A stretch of 64,000 bases of DNA. Origin: Dimorphilus gyrociliatus (taxonomy: Eukaryota > Animalia > Annelida). A model generated the notes under the pieces. It did no database searches. It saw only the letters and a program-made list of their open reading frames with translations, and was not told the DNA's origin. The DNA is taken from assembly GCA_904063045.1 (NCBI GenBank), contig CAJFCJ010000002.1, forward strand, positions 2,537,891-2,601,890. Reading direction: 5' to 3'. The translations under genes and the position numbers were made by a program. Shown piece by piece: positions 27,352 through 40,160 of this stretch (positions are counted from its first letter, which is position 1; each line of letters begins with the position of its first letter).

Positions 27352-30300
27352 TCATAAATAGTAATCTTCCGGTATTGATAATCCTGACAAATTGGAGCAT
27401 GCATCTATGGAATAAGATAAATTATTTACACTATAAATTTCAGACAGAATTTCTTCTTTTGTTGTACTTTTTTTGCTTCTATTCAATTTTGATTGTAAAA
27501 TTTCGCTGATATCGAATGAATCATTCTTGGATTGAGAGAAATTTATATCTAATTTATCAGTGTCTCTATTTGATATGCATGAGAATGAATCAAAGTTTTT
27601 TGATCTATTTACTAACGATGGCATTACATTTGAAATTGAATTATTATGATGTAATCTATCTTTGTTTTCTTCCTCATCGGCCGAGCTTAGAAGGTCAGTT
27701 TCGATAGTATTTGACAACGAATTTGTATCTTTATTAATTCTTTCGACGTAGAACGATAGCGCTTTTAATAGGAATTTTCTGAAAGATTTTCTCTTGTTTT
27801 CGTCGAAATTTTCAATCAATTTGATATCTTCCTTTGGCAAACAGCTCATTATCTCTCTAATTAAATTAAATGAAGTATTATTCGTAAGATAATCTAATGT
27901 GAAATTTCTTTGTAAATTCCAACTCTGATTCTTATAATCTATGATTTCTGTTGAAATACTATTTATGCCGTATATCGAACTATCCTCATTCCTACATATT
28001 GAATCATTTTTCCAACATTCATAAGCCTTCTTGGAAATGTTTAACGAATCGTTTGTATTTTTATAATGAAAATTTTTATCTTTTCTTACCAATTCCTTCA
28101 TGCTTGTTAATTTATCTGTATTATTCGATTTTGAGAGGTTATTCCGCCTAGTAATTTCACTGTTTATAGTTCTTTCGTCTAGTTTGACATAGTTTCTTTT
28201 AGTTTTAGTATTTATATCTTGATTGGAAAATTGATAACGTTTTCGATTATTTACAAATTTAATACGTTGTTTATCTTGTTTATTTGTAAAATCTTTATTT
28301 ATGGAATTTTGTTTGAAAATCTTATATTTCAAATTATTTTTATAATTACTATAAGAAGATTTGCCATTATTTTTCCTTTTAATATTTATAAGACTAATAC
28401 CATTTGAACTTTTCGTCAAAGGTTTATATCTTAAGCCATTCTTTACAAAATCAGAGTCTATTTGTAATAGATTTTCACTTGGTAAGATTTTTGATGAATT
28501 ATCATCAAGAGTTGATGTTTTAGAGTCTTCGGTAAAGATAAAATTAACAAGCTGCTCTAAACTAGAAGTAGAAGAGGAAGATTCATTATCGTTAGACTTT
28601 TTCATGTCAATTAACTCATTACTATAATTCGTTATAGATCTAAGCTTATTCGGTAAAATTATCTTTTCTTTCAAATAATTGTTTTCTAATGAAATATTTA
28701 ATTTATTGGAAACTTTTTGAGGTTTTCTACAAGGTTTTTCTATCAATTTATTATTAATTGGTAACCTCTTTAAACGAATTTCACAATCTTCGTTGTTCGT
28801 ACGATAAGAATTCTGGGGAGAAAAAACAGCTGCAAATAACCGATTTATAATCCACTCTTCGAATTCTTTACCCGATTTATTTGATTTACATTCCTTATCT
28901 TCGCTAAGTAAACGAACATTATTGCAGTCACATTTGACTTTTTGTTCGTTAATTTCTTGCTTGTTAATTGAATGTAAAAGATTTTTTCGTTTGAATTTAT
29001 TGACCTCGAGATATTCGTTAGAGCTTAGTAGTCCGTCTGTTTTCATATGATAACTATTTTCATCCATATCTTCTTTATGGCAAACAATTGATTGGCTAAT
29101 AAATGTTTCATTCATAAATAATTCGTTTGGTTTGAGGTCACCTTGATTCTTCCTTAAAGAAATTCTTTTCTGAGAAATTGCCGAATTTGGATTAAAAGTA
29201 TCTTTTGGAAAGGAGTCAATACGCTCATCGTCAACAAAAGACTTGCTTGTTGAATTGTCACTTATCTCGACTCCTTCCAAGTCAATAGGATATTCCATTT
29301 CAATCTTTAGTTGGTTTCGATTTTTATTTGGTGGAACGATTCCATCAATTGGATCAATATTTTCTGACCTTGTTTCCTTTAAGGCTGATGCAAAATCCAT
29401 TGAATCTGATGACTGTTTTATAATTCCTCTATGTTTAGCTTTCAAAGATTTTTGTAAATTCGCCCCAATTGACTTCTTTTCAATATTAGTCTTAATTAAT
29501 CGATCTTTAGAGGTTTCAATCTTATTGAAGAGAGATTTGTATAGCTTAACATTTGTTTCCAGGTGAAAACGATGTTTAAAGGGCTTAGAATTCTCTCTTA
29601 GAGAACTAGACGAAGAGGAGAATATAGGAGAGATAGATTGGTCTTCAAACGAAGATTTTCTTGAGCTAAGAGAATTATTTTCGTTAATTCTATTATTTGA
29701 GGAAGTTATTAACGATGTTTCTGAGCTTGGTATAGGCGACCGAACAGGAGAAAGCTGTTTTCTTCGATGGCAGCTCTTGATATGATTTCGATGCTTTATT
29801 AAGTTATATGCCCCATAATAGTCCAAGTCCCAGCTTAATTTCTTATTGAGGGAACTAGTTTCGCACAATATATTAATTCGCCTATTAAGAAATTAGTAAG
29901 ATAATTTGATTTCCTTCTAATTGCTTTGAAAGAAAGAAAAGAGCAAGCTTGAACCTTTTTCGTTGTAGAGCACTGATGGAAGCACATATTGGCCTACTAA
30001 GATCGTATGGTTGATCTTTGGGCAATCCTATTAAATTTAATTGTCTTTTTTTTCGAAGTCTATTAAAGTTGATAATTATTTTTCTTCCTTTATTTAAAGA
30101 TTTTAATTTTCTCACATCCTTAAGTTTTATAAGATTTTTAAGCTATTCTATTGTTCATAATAAGTAGTCATAGTTACCTGGTAATAAAAAGCGTTTGTTT
30201 CTCTTTCAAAAGCATTAGAATTCATTCGTATTTCAGCCTGTTTTGACGGTAAGAGGCAATTGAGCGGTATTCTCTTCGGAGGAGTCTAAAAGGGGATTCT

Positions 30301-31105
30301 AACAATCAATTAGACTTTAAAATTAAAGAATAACTCACAGATCCTTTTATCCTAAAGACTCTTTGAGTTTTCTCGGATTTTACAGGTATTTTGTTTATAT
30401 TTCTGTTATGAATCTTATTTATTTTTGGGGGCTAAATAATTAATTATTTAATTAGAGACATAAGATTGATTTCCTAACTATCAGTTGTTTTTCAAATAAA
30501 TAAACACTTAAATTAAACAATTTATCCATTAAAAGTGAATAAATTTTATATAGAATCAAAACATTTTATCATCATAAATACCGAAGAGTTAATGACCTCA
30601 CTTTCTTCTATACTTTTGTTAGGTTTAGATAATATCCATCTCCTGTCTCTCTTATCGAATAGACCTACTAGTTCTCCTGTAGGCCACCACCTTGGGAATA
30701 TTCCACCATTCAATTTATTTAAGAATGTTGATTGCTTACTAAGCAGTATTTTAGTAGCATATTTTTTCATTAAACAATTAAAATATCTAGAAAATAACAC
30801 TTTAATTTTCAGTTTATAGAAATAACTTTATATTACTTATTAGAAACGAAATAATCATGATTTTCGGACAAACTTGATAAGCTCTCGTGAATAACTGAAT
30901 AATTCTCACTTTTTGTAGAAAAACATGTATTTTCGATAGTTATTTTTGGAGAGAAGCAACTGTTATGGTTTACATCACGATAGCTAGCGTCAAAAACTAC
31001 ATTACCAGTATTATTTCCCATTTTATCAGTATCAAATTTCTTATGATGTTTCAATTCAATTTCTTTTCTATCTATAGCATCTTTTCTAATTGTTTTTTTT
31101 GTCAT
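27352..31105 (-). CDS. Large uncharacterised S/N/K-rich protein (838-codon terminal exon plus upstream exons)
   Basis: A 2.5-kb stop-free ORF in very AT-rich DNA cannot be chance. Upstream AG/GT-bounded ORFs lie at about 29955-30027, 30179-30286, 30570-30787 and 30840-31105. Phase continuity was not fully resolved and no domain was recognised. Confidence 0.65.
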
Positions 31106-31560
31106 ATTGTAAGAAATTTTGTATAATTCTTTTGTTTATTAAGATTCTATTTCTCTGATTTAAAAGCCTAATATAATCTTTAAATTAGATATTTGACCTA
31201 TATTAAGAGTACAAAGTATATGTGTATGTTAATTGAGAAGAGATAGAATGTATAATAGCAGGATATAAAATTTTAAAATTATGAAATGACTATTATTAAA
31301 AAGAAAGAAGCATTCAGTCCTATTAACTAGATGACACAAGAGAAAATCTAATATCACTTATTAACTTCCTGGCGTAATATCCTTCTTGCTATAGTAATTT
31401 TATTATAGAGAGTAAAATTTACGTATTATGAAGAACGCATAAATGAGCTTTATAAATAGACACAAAGTTGTTTATTCGCTTTATATTGAAAAAGATGGTT
31501 TATATTTGGTTCAAAATATTATCAAGCAGACACGTACGAATCATCTACCTCTAGGGGAGT

Positions 31561-33630
31561 TTAATTATGGTATTTGAATGTAAAAGATAAATCTGTATCT
31601 ATGAAAGATGTTCCATTTAACGAAATACTGATTGGAACTTCCTCTACGTCATTGTTTGATTTCGATGGAACTTGACAATTGATTAAATAAGTGTTTAGTA
31701 ATTCTCCTTCAGTTTCTTCGTAATTTCCAAATTTACATTTTATGGTTTGGCATATTCCCTTCTCAAAGTGTCTACCGTAGATATGAACCTTTCCACCTCC
31801 ATTCAATGCGCCCTCTCTCGGCAGAACTCTGTTGAATGTAGGATCTATTTTAAATTGAAGTTTACAAGCCTTTAGTCGAGTAGTAGCAGTATAATTGTTC
31901 CAAGACGCTTCCCATTTTTGTACAGCTACCTGCTTCTCTTCCTCAGTTAAAACTGAGTATTTGATCGAGTTTGACGCTAGTTTCTTCAAGTCTCGTAGAT
32001 CTAAACCCCAACCCATGAAAACCTCATACCAATCAACTGTAAAACTATCATATCCAAAGTTGCCTGGATCATCTGATCCTAAAATGACTGGTAGACCGTT
32101 TCGAATATATCCAACACCAGGATGATTTCTAAGATCAGCAGTATAACCAAGAATTTGGTTAGACACGGGACAAATTTCTATAGCAACGTCTCTTTTTTTC
32201 AGCTCATTTAAAAGATAGGGATGTTTTGCGAAACCAACACCGTGCCCAACTCTCTTAGCCCCTAGGAGAACAATCTCGTAGGTGTTTTGTAAAGCATTTA
32301 CTGGGTCACTATCGAATCTTGATATAATTAAATCGTCAGCATAATTAGTTTCTCCACCGTGAAAGTAGGATGTAGGATTTCTAGATGTGTTAACTAGATT
32401 TTCTAGGAAAAACATATGAGATCTTCCAGCATCTTCATGAGCAACCATATCTACTCCTCTAACCAAATCGTTCGCTCTCTCAAACATTGCTCTAGCTATG
32501 TTAAGGTTTTCTTCCAAACCTTCGTTTGTTACTCTTCGACTAGACGCCATTATTATCTTATAGCCGATAAAGTTTGGATTTTGAGCGCTAAACTCAGCTA
32601 CCACTTCCCTTGTTAACTGTAAATAGGTTTGGCCCACGAACTCATCTTCCGTATCCAAATATTTCCTTCCAAAGGTGCTCGCACTTGCTCCAGTTTTATC
32701 TAGAACGTAGATTCTTTCCCCATGATTAGCTCTCGTTTCAACAAATTGGACACCTTCTTTTAAACTAGAATCGAATAGATTCCAGAGCATTTTTCTTCTT
32801 ATATCTCTATGTCTGAGTGCACCCTGAATTTTACCCCACAAAGTGTTCATGAGCCTCCATCTCATTGCGCTATCAGTGGGATACTTTTTAGCATGGTCTG
32901 TCAAAATATTGATAAGAAGATGCTTCGAAATCAATTTATCTATAGTATAATTCGGATTATCTTTAACTTGAACCCATTTATCCCCCGAACTTTCTGGAGG
33001 AGGATTAATAAAGAAATCAACATTGTGTAGTCTTGCACTGGAAATGGTGCTCTCTTCAATTACGTATAAGTGTTCAAAATCTTCTGAATTGAACATTTCT
33101 TCCAACATAATTCTTTGACCAACAATATGAACTAGTAAAACAAAAGGGGAAAATAATGTTTTTTTTTGTAACAGTAATAAAGACAAATAAACAACTTTCA
33201 TGTGTATGCATATTTCCTCCCTTTGGTAGATTAATCAATTCTTTATAAACGTCAGATCTTTTTATATCTTCTAGCTTCTCTTCGATAGGCCTAGATGGTG
33301 GAAAACCTACACTCGAATCAGAAGTTTTCAGGAATTCGTTAACTTTAAGAAAGTGCAAATAGTTGTCAACAATCTTTTCATCCTTGAATGAGAAAAAAGG
33401 CATATTAGAGAACAATGGTAAGCAGCCAGATCTATTTTTAAATATCGAAAAAAAATTACATCATTAAGGTTAATTTCATCAACTGAGCTTAGCTTTTCTT
33501 CCTCAGCAATCAAACTATCTCTGTTTTTACTATACTGATATTCATTTTCAGGATTTTTCAAACGATATTGATCGCTTAAATAAATTGAGTAACTGATTAG
33601 GACATATAAGAAATAAATTCGATTCATCAT
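31561..33630 (-). CDS. ADA2: Adenosine deaminase 2 with C-terminal IPT/TIG domain, copy B (3 exons)
   Basis: Signal peptide MMNRIYFLYVLISYSIYLS; PKGGNMHTH, GVDMVAHED, FHGGET, RVGHG, ICPVSNQILG and GSDDPG motifs; IPT tail ending FTFKYHN*. Confidence 0.9.
31571..31881. repeat. 311-bp near-identical direct repeat, copy 2 (IPT-coding part of ADA2 B)
   Basis: Partner of 21154-21464; 2 mismatches. Confidence 0.92.
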
Positions 33631-35732
33631 CTTTGAATCTCTTTTATTTAAATAACACGAACTAACAATTACGCTATATTTATACTTTATCAACTGTGAT
33701 GGAAACCGACCAGGTGCACAGATAAATGTAGGAGCCTATAAGTCATAGACTCTTCCTACGGTAACAGACACTATGTATTGCACAATAGATAGATCAAAAT
33801 GTATAATTTATCCGTGCTATAAGTAATTCAAGCTAAAAGTTTAAAATTCTCTCTATGCTATCATTCCATTTATATGTAAACTCTATTATTAGGTTATTTC
33901 TTTTTTGTGTTTATGTATACTAACTTTAAGTGTAAGCTTTTACTTTAAATCAATTGAAATTGGTACGACATCAGTTTTATTTGCCATTAAATACCATTAT
34001 AACTTCAGGATAGACTAGTTTAGTAGATGGAAAATTGTTTCCTAAATTATTAATATTCCCATCTCTTACGTCTTCAATACATGACTATTAATTAATGTTT
34101 TATAGTTAAGGTATAACGAACTAAATGCAAATATAAATTTGCTACGTATACAATAAATTATAGCAGAGCACAAGACAAACAAGAAGGCAAACATTGTAAA
34201 TAATAGAGAAAAAAACGCCATCAAACTCCCAATACACTCAAAGAATTTCTCAAGTGTAAACAAGTCAATATAGATTAAATCAAAATCGATAAGATTTCCA
34301 AATCAATAGCAAATTAATTTGATGAAATATTTCCATTAAACATTCAATTCAAAGGAGTAATGTAGTTAAGAAGAGAAGGAGAGAAAGAAAGTACTTAAAA
34401 AACATAAAGATAGAAGGTGTATAAAGAATAAGGACAGAAATTCTCTTTCTGTCTGTCTGATTACACCTTTCATTTTACTCTTTCTCTCTCTCTCTCTCTA
34501 TACAAATATATCTATATTTTTTCTAATATTCTTTTATCTTAAAAGCTTTGGGTAATTATTGATAAAAGACAGAGGTTATACAGTATTTAAAATCTAACAA
34601 TTATTGTTTTATTAATATAAAAGACTGGAGCATATTATAGTGAATATTTTACAATTCTAGAGGCAGAGTGGTAGTTACATTCAATGAGCAGTTAAGCGAA
34701 AGTTTAGAATCGAAGAGAGAATCTGAACTCAACCAGTTTTGAAGGATTTTACTGAACGGTAATGAAATTTTTTTAAGTAAATTATAAAAATAAAGTAAAA
34801 ACTATAATAAAAAATATTCTGTAGATCAATTTTTTCTATTACAAAAGCTTAACGGCATCGATTGGCTCATATTCGAGTAAAACTCTCCCGTCGTTCTATA
34901 TAATACTACGTTTTACTTTTCTTTCCGGTTTTTAACGCTTTCTTCCAATTGGGTAAGCAGATTGATCGATACTTTCACCTTTTCCTCTCTCCTTCCCCGC
35001 TTTCTTCTTTTCCAAACCACATTTAGCCTTTAATTCCGGAAGATTTATAATCGTTTTATTTTTTATCATAAAGGTATGTCAACGGTAGAAAGGATGGACA
35101 ATAATGAAGCTAAAAGTGATAGAGACATTTTGGAAAAAATATCGAATGAAAAAAGTGAAAAGGATAAAGATATAGGGAATGAGAAGACTCAAAAATGCAA
35201 AGAAAAGTCGGAAAAGGAAGTGAAGGTCAAAATAGCCGATTTAGAATTACTTTAAATTAGTTTTATTTTTTAAGTCTTCAAAAAAATTGACTTTTATCGA
35301 TTTCACAGTTAGCTTCAATTTCAGATAATACAATTATCGAGAGATTTTACTTGTTTCTTTTCTCCTTTCTTCATTCAACAAAGAGATTTCTTGTTCAGCT
35401 ACAAAGTATTTTTTCTCTATAACGTTTCATTAAACACATTATATTAAAATATAATGGGAGAAAGTGGAAATCAAATACCAAGGGAATTTTATGTCAGGAT
35501 AAAAATTTCCCGAAATATTTCGAGTACTATCAATCTTTCTATTATCATTCTCTTTCTGTCTCTCTCTCTCTCTATAAATATATAGTGTATATTCTTCCTA
35601 TATGTTTTTTTGTACAACAAAACTTATTTAAAATAGTTAGATAACCCAATGCAAGTGTAAGAATTTTATAAACTAAAATAGAAAAAAGTATAATAATACT
35701 GTCAGTTTTTTTTTAATAACCAATTTCTTTTC

Positions 35733-38700
35733 TCAAGAATGTTCACTGGAAAGCAACGTCTGCGTCTCTTCACTAATAAGCAGGAAAAGAACAAATGGAA
35801 AATTATTATAATTAGACAAAAAGCAATTGTATAAAGTAATAAGTTATTAACCTGTCTCTTCGATGTCTTATACATGGCAAGCACGAGAATAAGCAACGCA
35901 ATTCTTCCATTACACTATCCTTTTTATAAATAGATGAAGGAGGAGTCGGTATATTCGATTCCTCTTCTATAAATGCGAATAAGTCGCTACGTGGATAGCC
36001 GTTTCTGTACCAATCCTGAAGAAAAATAATACCATAAATTTTAGCGTGATGAGATTTATACAGTAGATTGGAAATCGTACCTGAATAGTAGTAAAAGCAT
36101 CTGATATGATTGAAATGAAGACGCTGAGAACTATATAGATAAATAAGCTTATGAAGCCGTACAGGTAGACCCTCGAGTACCAGAAAATATATGCCGGTTT
36201 TGTGACAGCAGCAAACGTTACAAACATATCGTCTCCATTGATTAAGGAGAAGAGGCATTCGCAAGATGAATAGAGTGTACGAAATTTTATGTGGTAAGGG
36301 CCAAGTACTACCCAGCCGCAAAAAGCAAAGCCGCAGAAAAATGCAAGCGCACAGACGAGAAACCTGAGACAATTTGGAGCTGACTTTTTTAAAGTTAATA
36401 ACAGAATCTAAAAAAAAAAAGAAAGCAAGATAAAATCATTAGTTATAACTTCTCATGAATGCTAATAGTTAAAATATATTATTTCTGGGCGCCATCTGAT
36501 GGATAGTTATTTTTGTGATAAGTTACCGAATAGAACCAGAATTCCATTGGGTAAAGAGAAAACAACATTAAAACTTACGTTGTATTTTTGAAAGAATCCC
36601 AAATATCTTAACACTCCAAACCAAACAAAAAGGCTTCCAGTACCCAACAGGAGGCAGCACGTATTGTAATTGGTAGTCATCTAAATTAAGAAAATAATTA
36701 ACAAGTCTATTTATCATTAAAACAATGTATTTCTTTAGTCTTTACTTTGAACTGAATAGCTATCTTCGAAATCGAACCCGATATCGTTAGCACATCATTA
36801 GTTACAATCATTAGATACCTGTAATTTCAAAAGAAAAAAAAATTAGAAATGTAGTCCTATATAATTAAGAGAACCACTGACCAGAAATTGAAAAATTCTA
36901 ATTTATCGCTCTTGCTTAGGTCTTTTCCGAATTTTTGTTGAAAAAATTTCACAGTTTCCTAATTTAGTAATAAAAAAAAATCGGTCAACTTTTACTACGT
37001 ATACAGCTATTGCTTAACAATAACAGAGTACTTCGTATTTACGTTATTGAAATGAAACAAGTAAAATATTACTTACTCTTCTTAAATACATCGCCTTCAA
37101 AATTGATCTAATACATAGGAGAAGAGAAAGACAACTAACAAGAATTACTATACAATCGAGAGCTGTCATTCCAATTATGTAACTTCTATTGTCATCTGTT
37201 AATATATAAATAATAAAAAATAGATTTTCTTCTATTACATTAAGGCAATAATACTATAGTTGTATTTTTTGTACCAGAAAAAATGGTTTTCCCTTTGCAG
37301 TCATCAAATATCTGTAGTTCTGATTCTAAATCAATTTGTACTTGACCGTTATGGCCTGCATTGTCGTAAGAAATCTATAGAAACAAAAGTGCCATTGAAA
37401 TGCTTTGATTGAGGAACAGCTATGCTTGTATTTTTATTACTTGCACGTCAAATCGTATACAATCAGGCGTATCGAATTTACTCTTCGTTTTCAAATGTAC
37501 AGTCCATAAAGCGAATTTAAGTTTAATTAAAATTACTCTATCAAAGTGTAGTGACTTGTTCTGCATTGAGAGGAATTTTTCAACATCAAATACCCTTTTT
37601 CCCCCTTCTTCTATCCAATCTAATTCTATTTTTTCTGTAGTATTATTTATTAATATTAATTTATTCATTAGTAAATCATGTAAGAGTAAACACGCTTGTT
37701 TACGTACCAGTAATTCGTCTATTATTGAATTCATAACTTTGATTATTCGGAAATATTTTCCCCATTTCATATCGTGTAACGTACATGTCCACGGGATAGA
37801 TTTTTCTTCTATTATCATCTTGTCTGAAGAGTTGAAAAACACCTATGGCTAATTCCTCTGTATTATTATACTATTAATAAAGATAGATAGTTAGATTGGC
37901 GTGATGGACTGAATTCTAATACTGAATAAACTTACTCGCTCCAAAACGTAATTAATGCTGGCGTATAATTCAGGTTTAGTATAAACTGAAAAATATCCTG
38001 CGGTAGGAGGATATGGCATAGTCTCTAATGATGCAGTCCAATTTTTTAAGAATAAATGCTGAAAAGCCGTATTTGTTCTTTCTATAAATTCTACATGGGC
38101 AGAAACGTTAACTCCTAAAAGTACCAGTTGAATAGTAACAAGAATAATTTTTAAGACTTGAAAGAATAATTTCCATTGTACAATGCCTTTTGCCCTATAT
38201 TTTTGACATGGATTCATAAAGAAATATCGAAGTCTAAAACGTAAACTTTGCTCCTTTTCAAGATAGAAAGTACCAAACGCAGTAGGTCGAATAGTAATAT
38301 CTATACAATTAGGAAAAAAAATAAGTTAGCGTGAAAAACAGTACTGCTTTATTGTTTTCATATAATTATACAATCATTACGAAGTACTAATATTGACTGA
38401 TTGGACAATGTTATTGCAAACGTATAATTTCTCGTTTTCTACATTCAATGTCAGAAATAAATATGGATTCTATTCTCTAGATAATCGGGTTAAAACAATA
38501 TGGATAATTGTTTAACATGAAAAGAGAAGGAATAGAGAAGACTATTTTTAATTTAGAGATTCCTGACACGTCATTAAATGCCTTTTGTTATCTCTCAAAT
38601 CAATGTTGTTTTTATTGACTGGTCTAACGCGTGTTATTATTTTTTTTTTCAAACCTAAAAATAGACTTTAAATATAAGACTAGTAGAACAACCTTCATGA

Positions 38701-38849
38701 TCATTATTTTGATTTGAAGCACCATTTGCTTGAGATTTTCTCCTTATCATTTCCTTAATTTCGCCGTCTTCTTCGTTGCTTATTCGAAGGATATCTGGAG
38801 ATGGGGTTCTTCTACCGCGGCATACGGCTGATAGCGAAGACGCATTCAT
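35733..38849 (-). CDS. MCOLN: Mucolipin / TRPML cation channel
   Basis: [45 protein letters not shown], pore motif [13 protein letters not shown] and [21 protein letters not shown]. Terminal exon 35733-35772 encodes [12 protein letters not shown]. Confidence 0.93.
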
Positions 38850-40160
38850 TATTCTAATATCTAAATGATAACATTAGCACGAGGGTTCGCTTGAGTATTT
38901 AAGAAGTTGTCACTACGTTCCAAAGAAAATAGACCATCAACTTATTATTGTAAACAGAAAATAATATTGCATAAAAAAGTATATATATTCCCTAACTTAT
39001 TCAAACTGATATCTTTGAACAAGGAACTAGAAACCGTACTATCGAAAAACGCACGAAAAGCAGGACATTGCTTTACGAAATTTAAGCCTAGTAGAAACAG
39101 CTTTTGAAGAAAATGAATCAGAGTCACATTACAGTTTTTTAAAGAAGCGTAACTAACTTTTGAAATGAAGAATTATGACTAATACACCAACCTTAACCAA
39201 GGTCAAAGAGATCTAGGAGAAATATATATATTGAAAAAGAATTAAATATAAAACCTATTAATTATTTGATAGGAAAAAAATTAACAAGGACGTTTTTATT
39301 TTCGACGGAAATATTTAGAAAGTTAAACAGGTGTAAACATATTCCCGAATAAAAAGGTAAAAATTGAGTTGACAGATTGCATAAGGTGTGATAAAGCAGA
39401 AAACAGTGACAGTTATACATTGTATCTTGACGGTTTTTTAAAAAAACCATTACCCAAAATCAAACTAAAAAGAGAAAAAAAAAGAAACAATACATATTCA
39501 GCATAGACATCGATTTGAACTGAACAGTTTTTCTTTTGAACTATGACAAAAAAAATTAATAAGTACGATTAAATACATTATTGTTTTTATATAATTTGTT
39601 GGTATATTATTTATTCTGTTCCTTTTTAAAAGATTAGTTAATTTTTAGACCCGTAATATTTTTAATAATTTACCAAAAAAAAAAAATAAACATTCCTTTC
39701 AAATTTACATTATAGAATAGCTTTTAACAACTGCAGTGATTATTAATATCAGCATATATCGGCTGATAAACACTGATCAATTAATATAAAAGTTTTGACT
39801 TTAAAGTTTATCTTTCTTTTCGTTTAAATTTTGCTCGATGAACATCTATATAATATATATATATATACATAACCCCATTTGCATATATAATTGATAATTT
39901 TTGTAAATACAAGTCTATATAAACATTCTAAAAAAAAAATCCAAAACTAGAGCAAAAAAGAAAACAGGGAAAAATATGAAAGAAAAGGAACGAAAAACTA
40001 AGGCACTAAACTCTTGTGCATCATCGCCGTATTCGTGAAAAAATAAACTAAACTCTTGAAGGAGAGTAAACCTTAAAGAGAATCCTAACAAAAAATATAC
40101 TTTCAAAAAATTTTCAAAATAAATTCGCTGCTAGACTGATTTTAAATTTGCATTTGCTGA

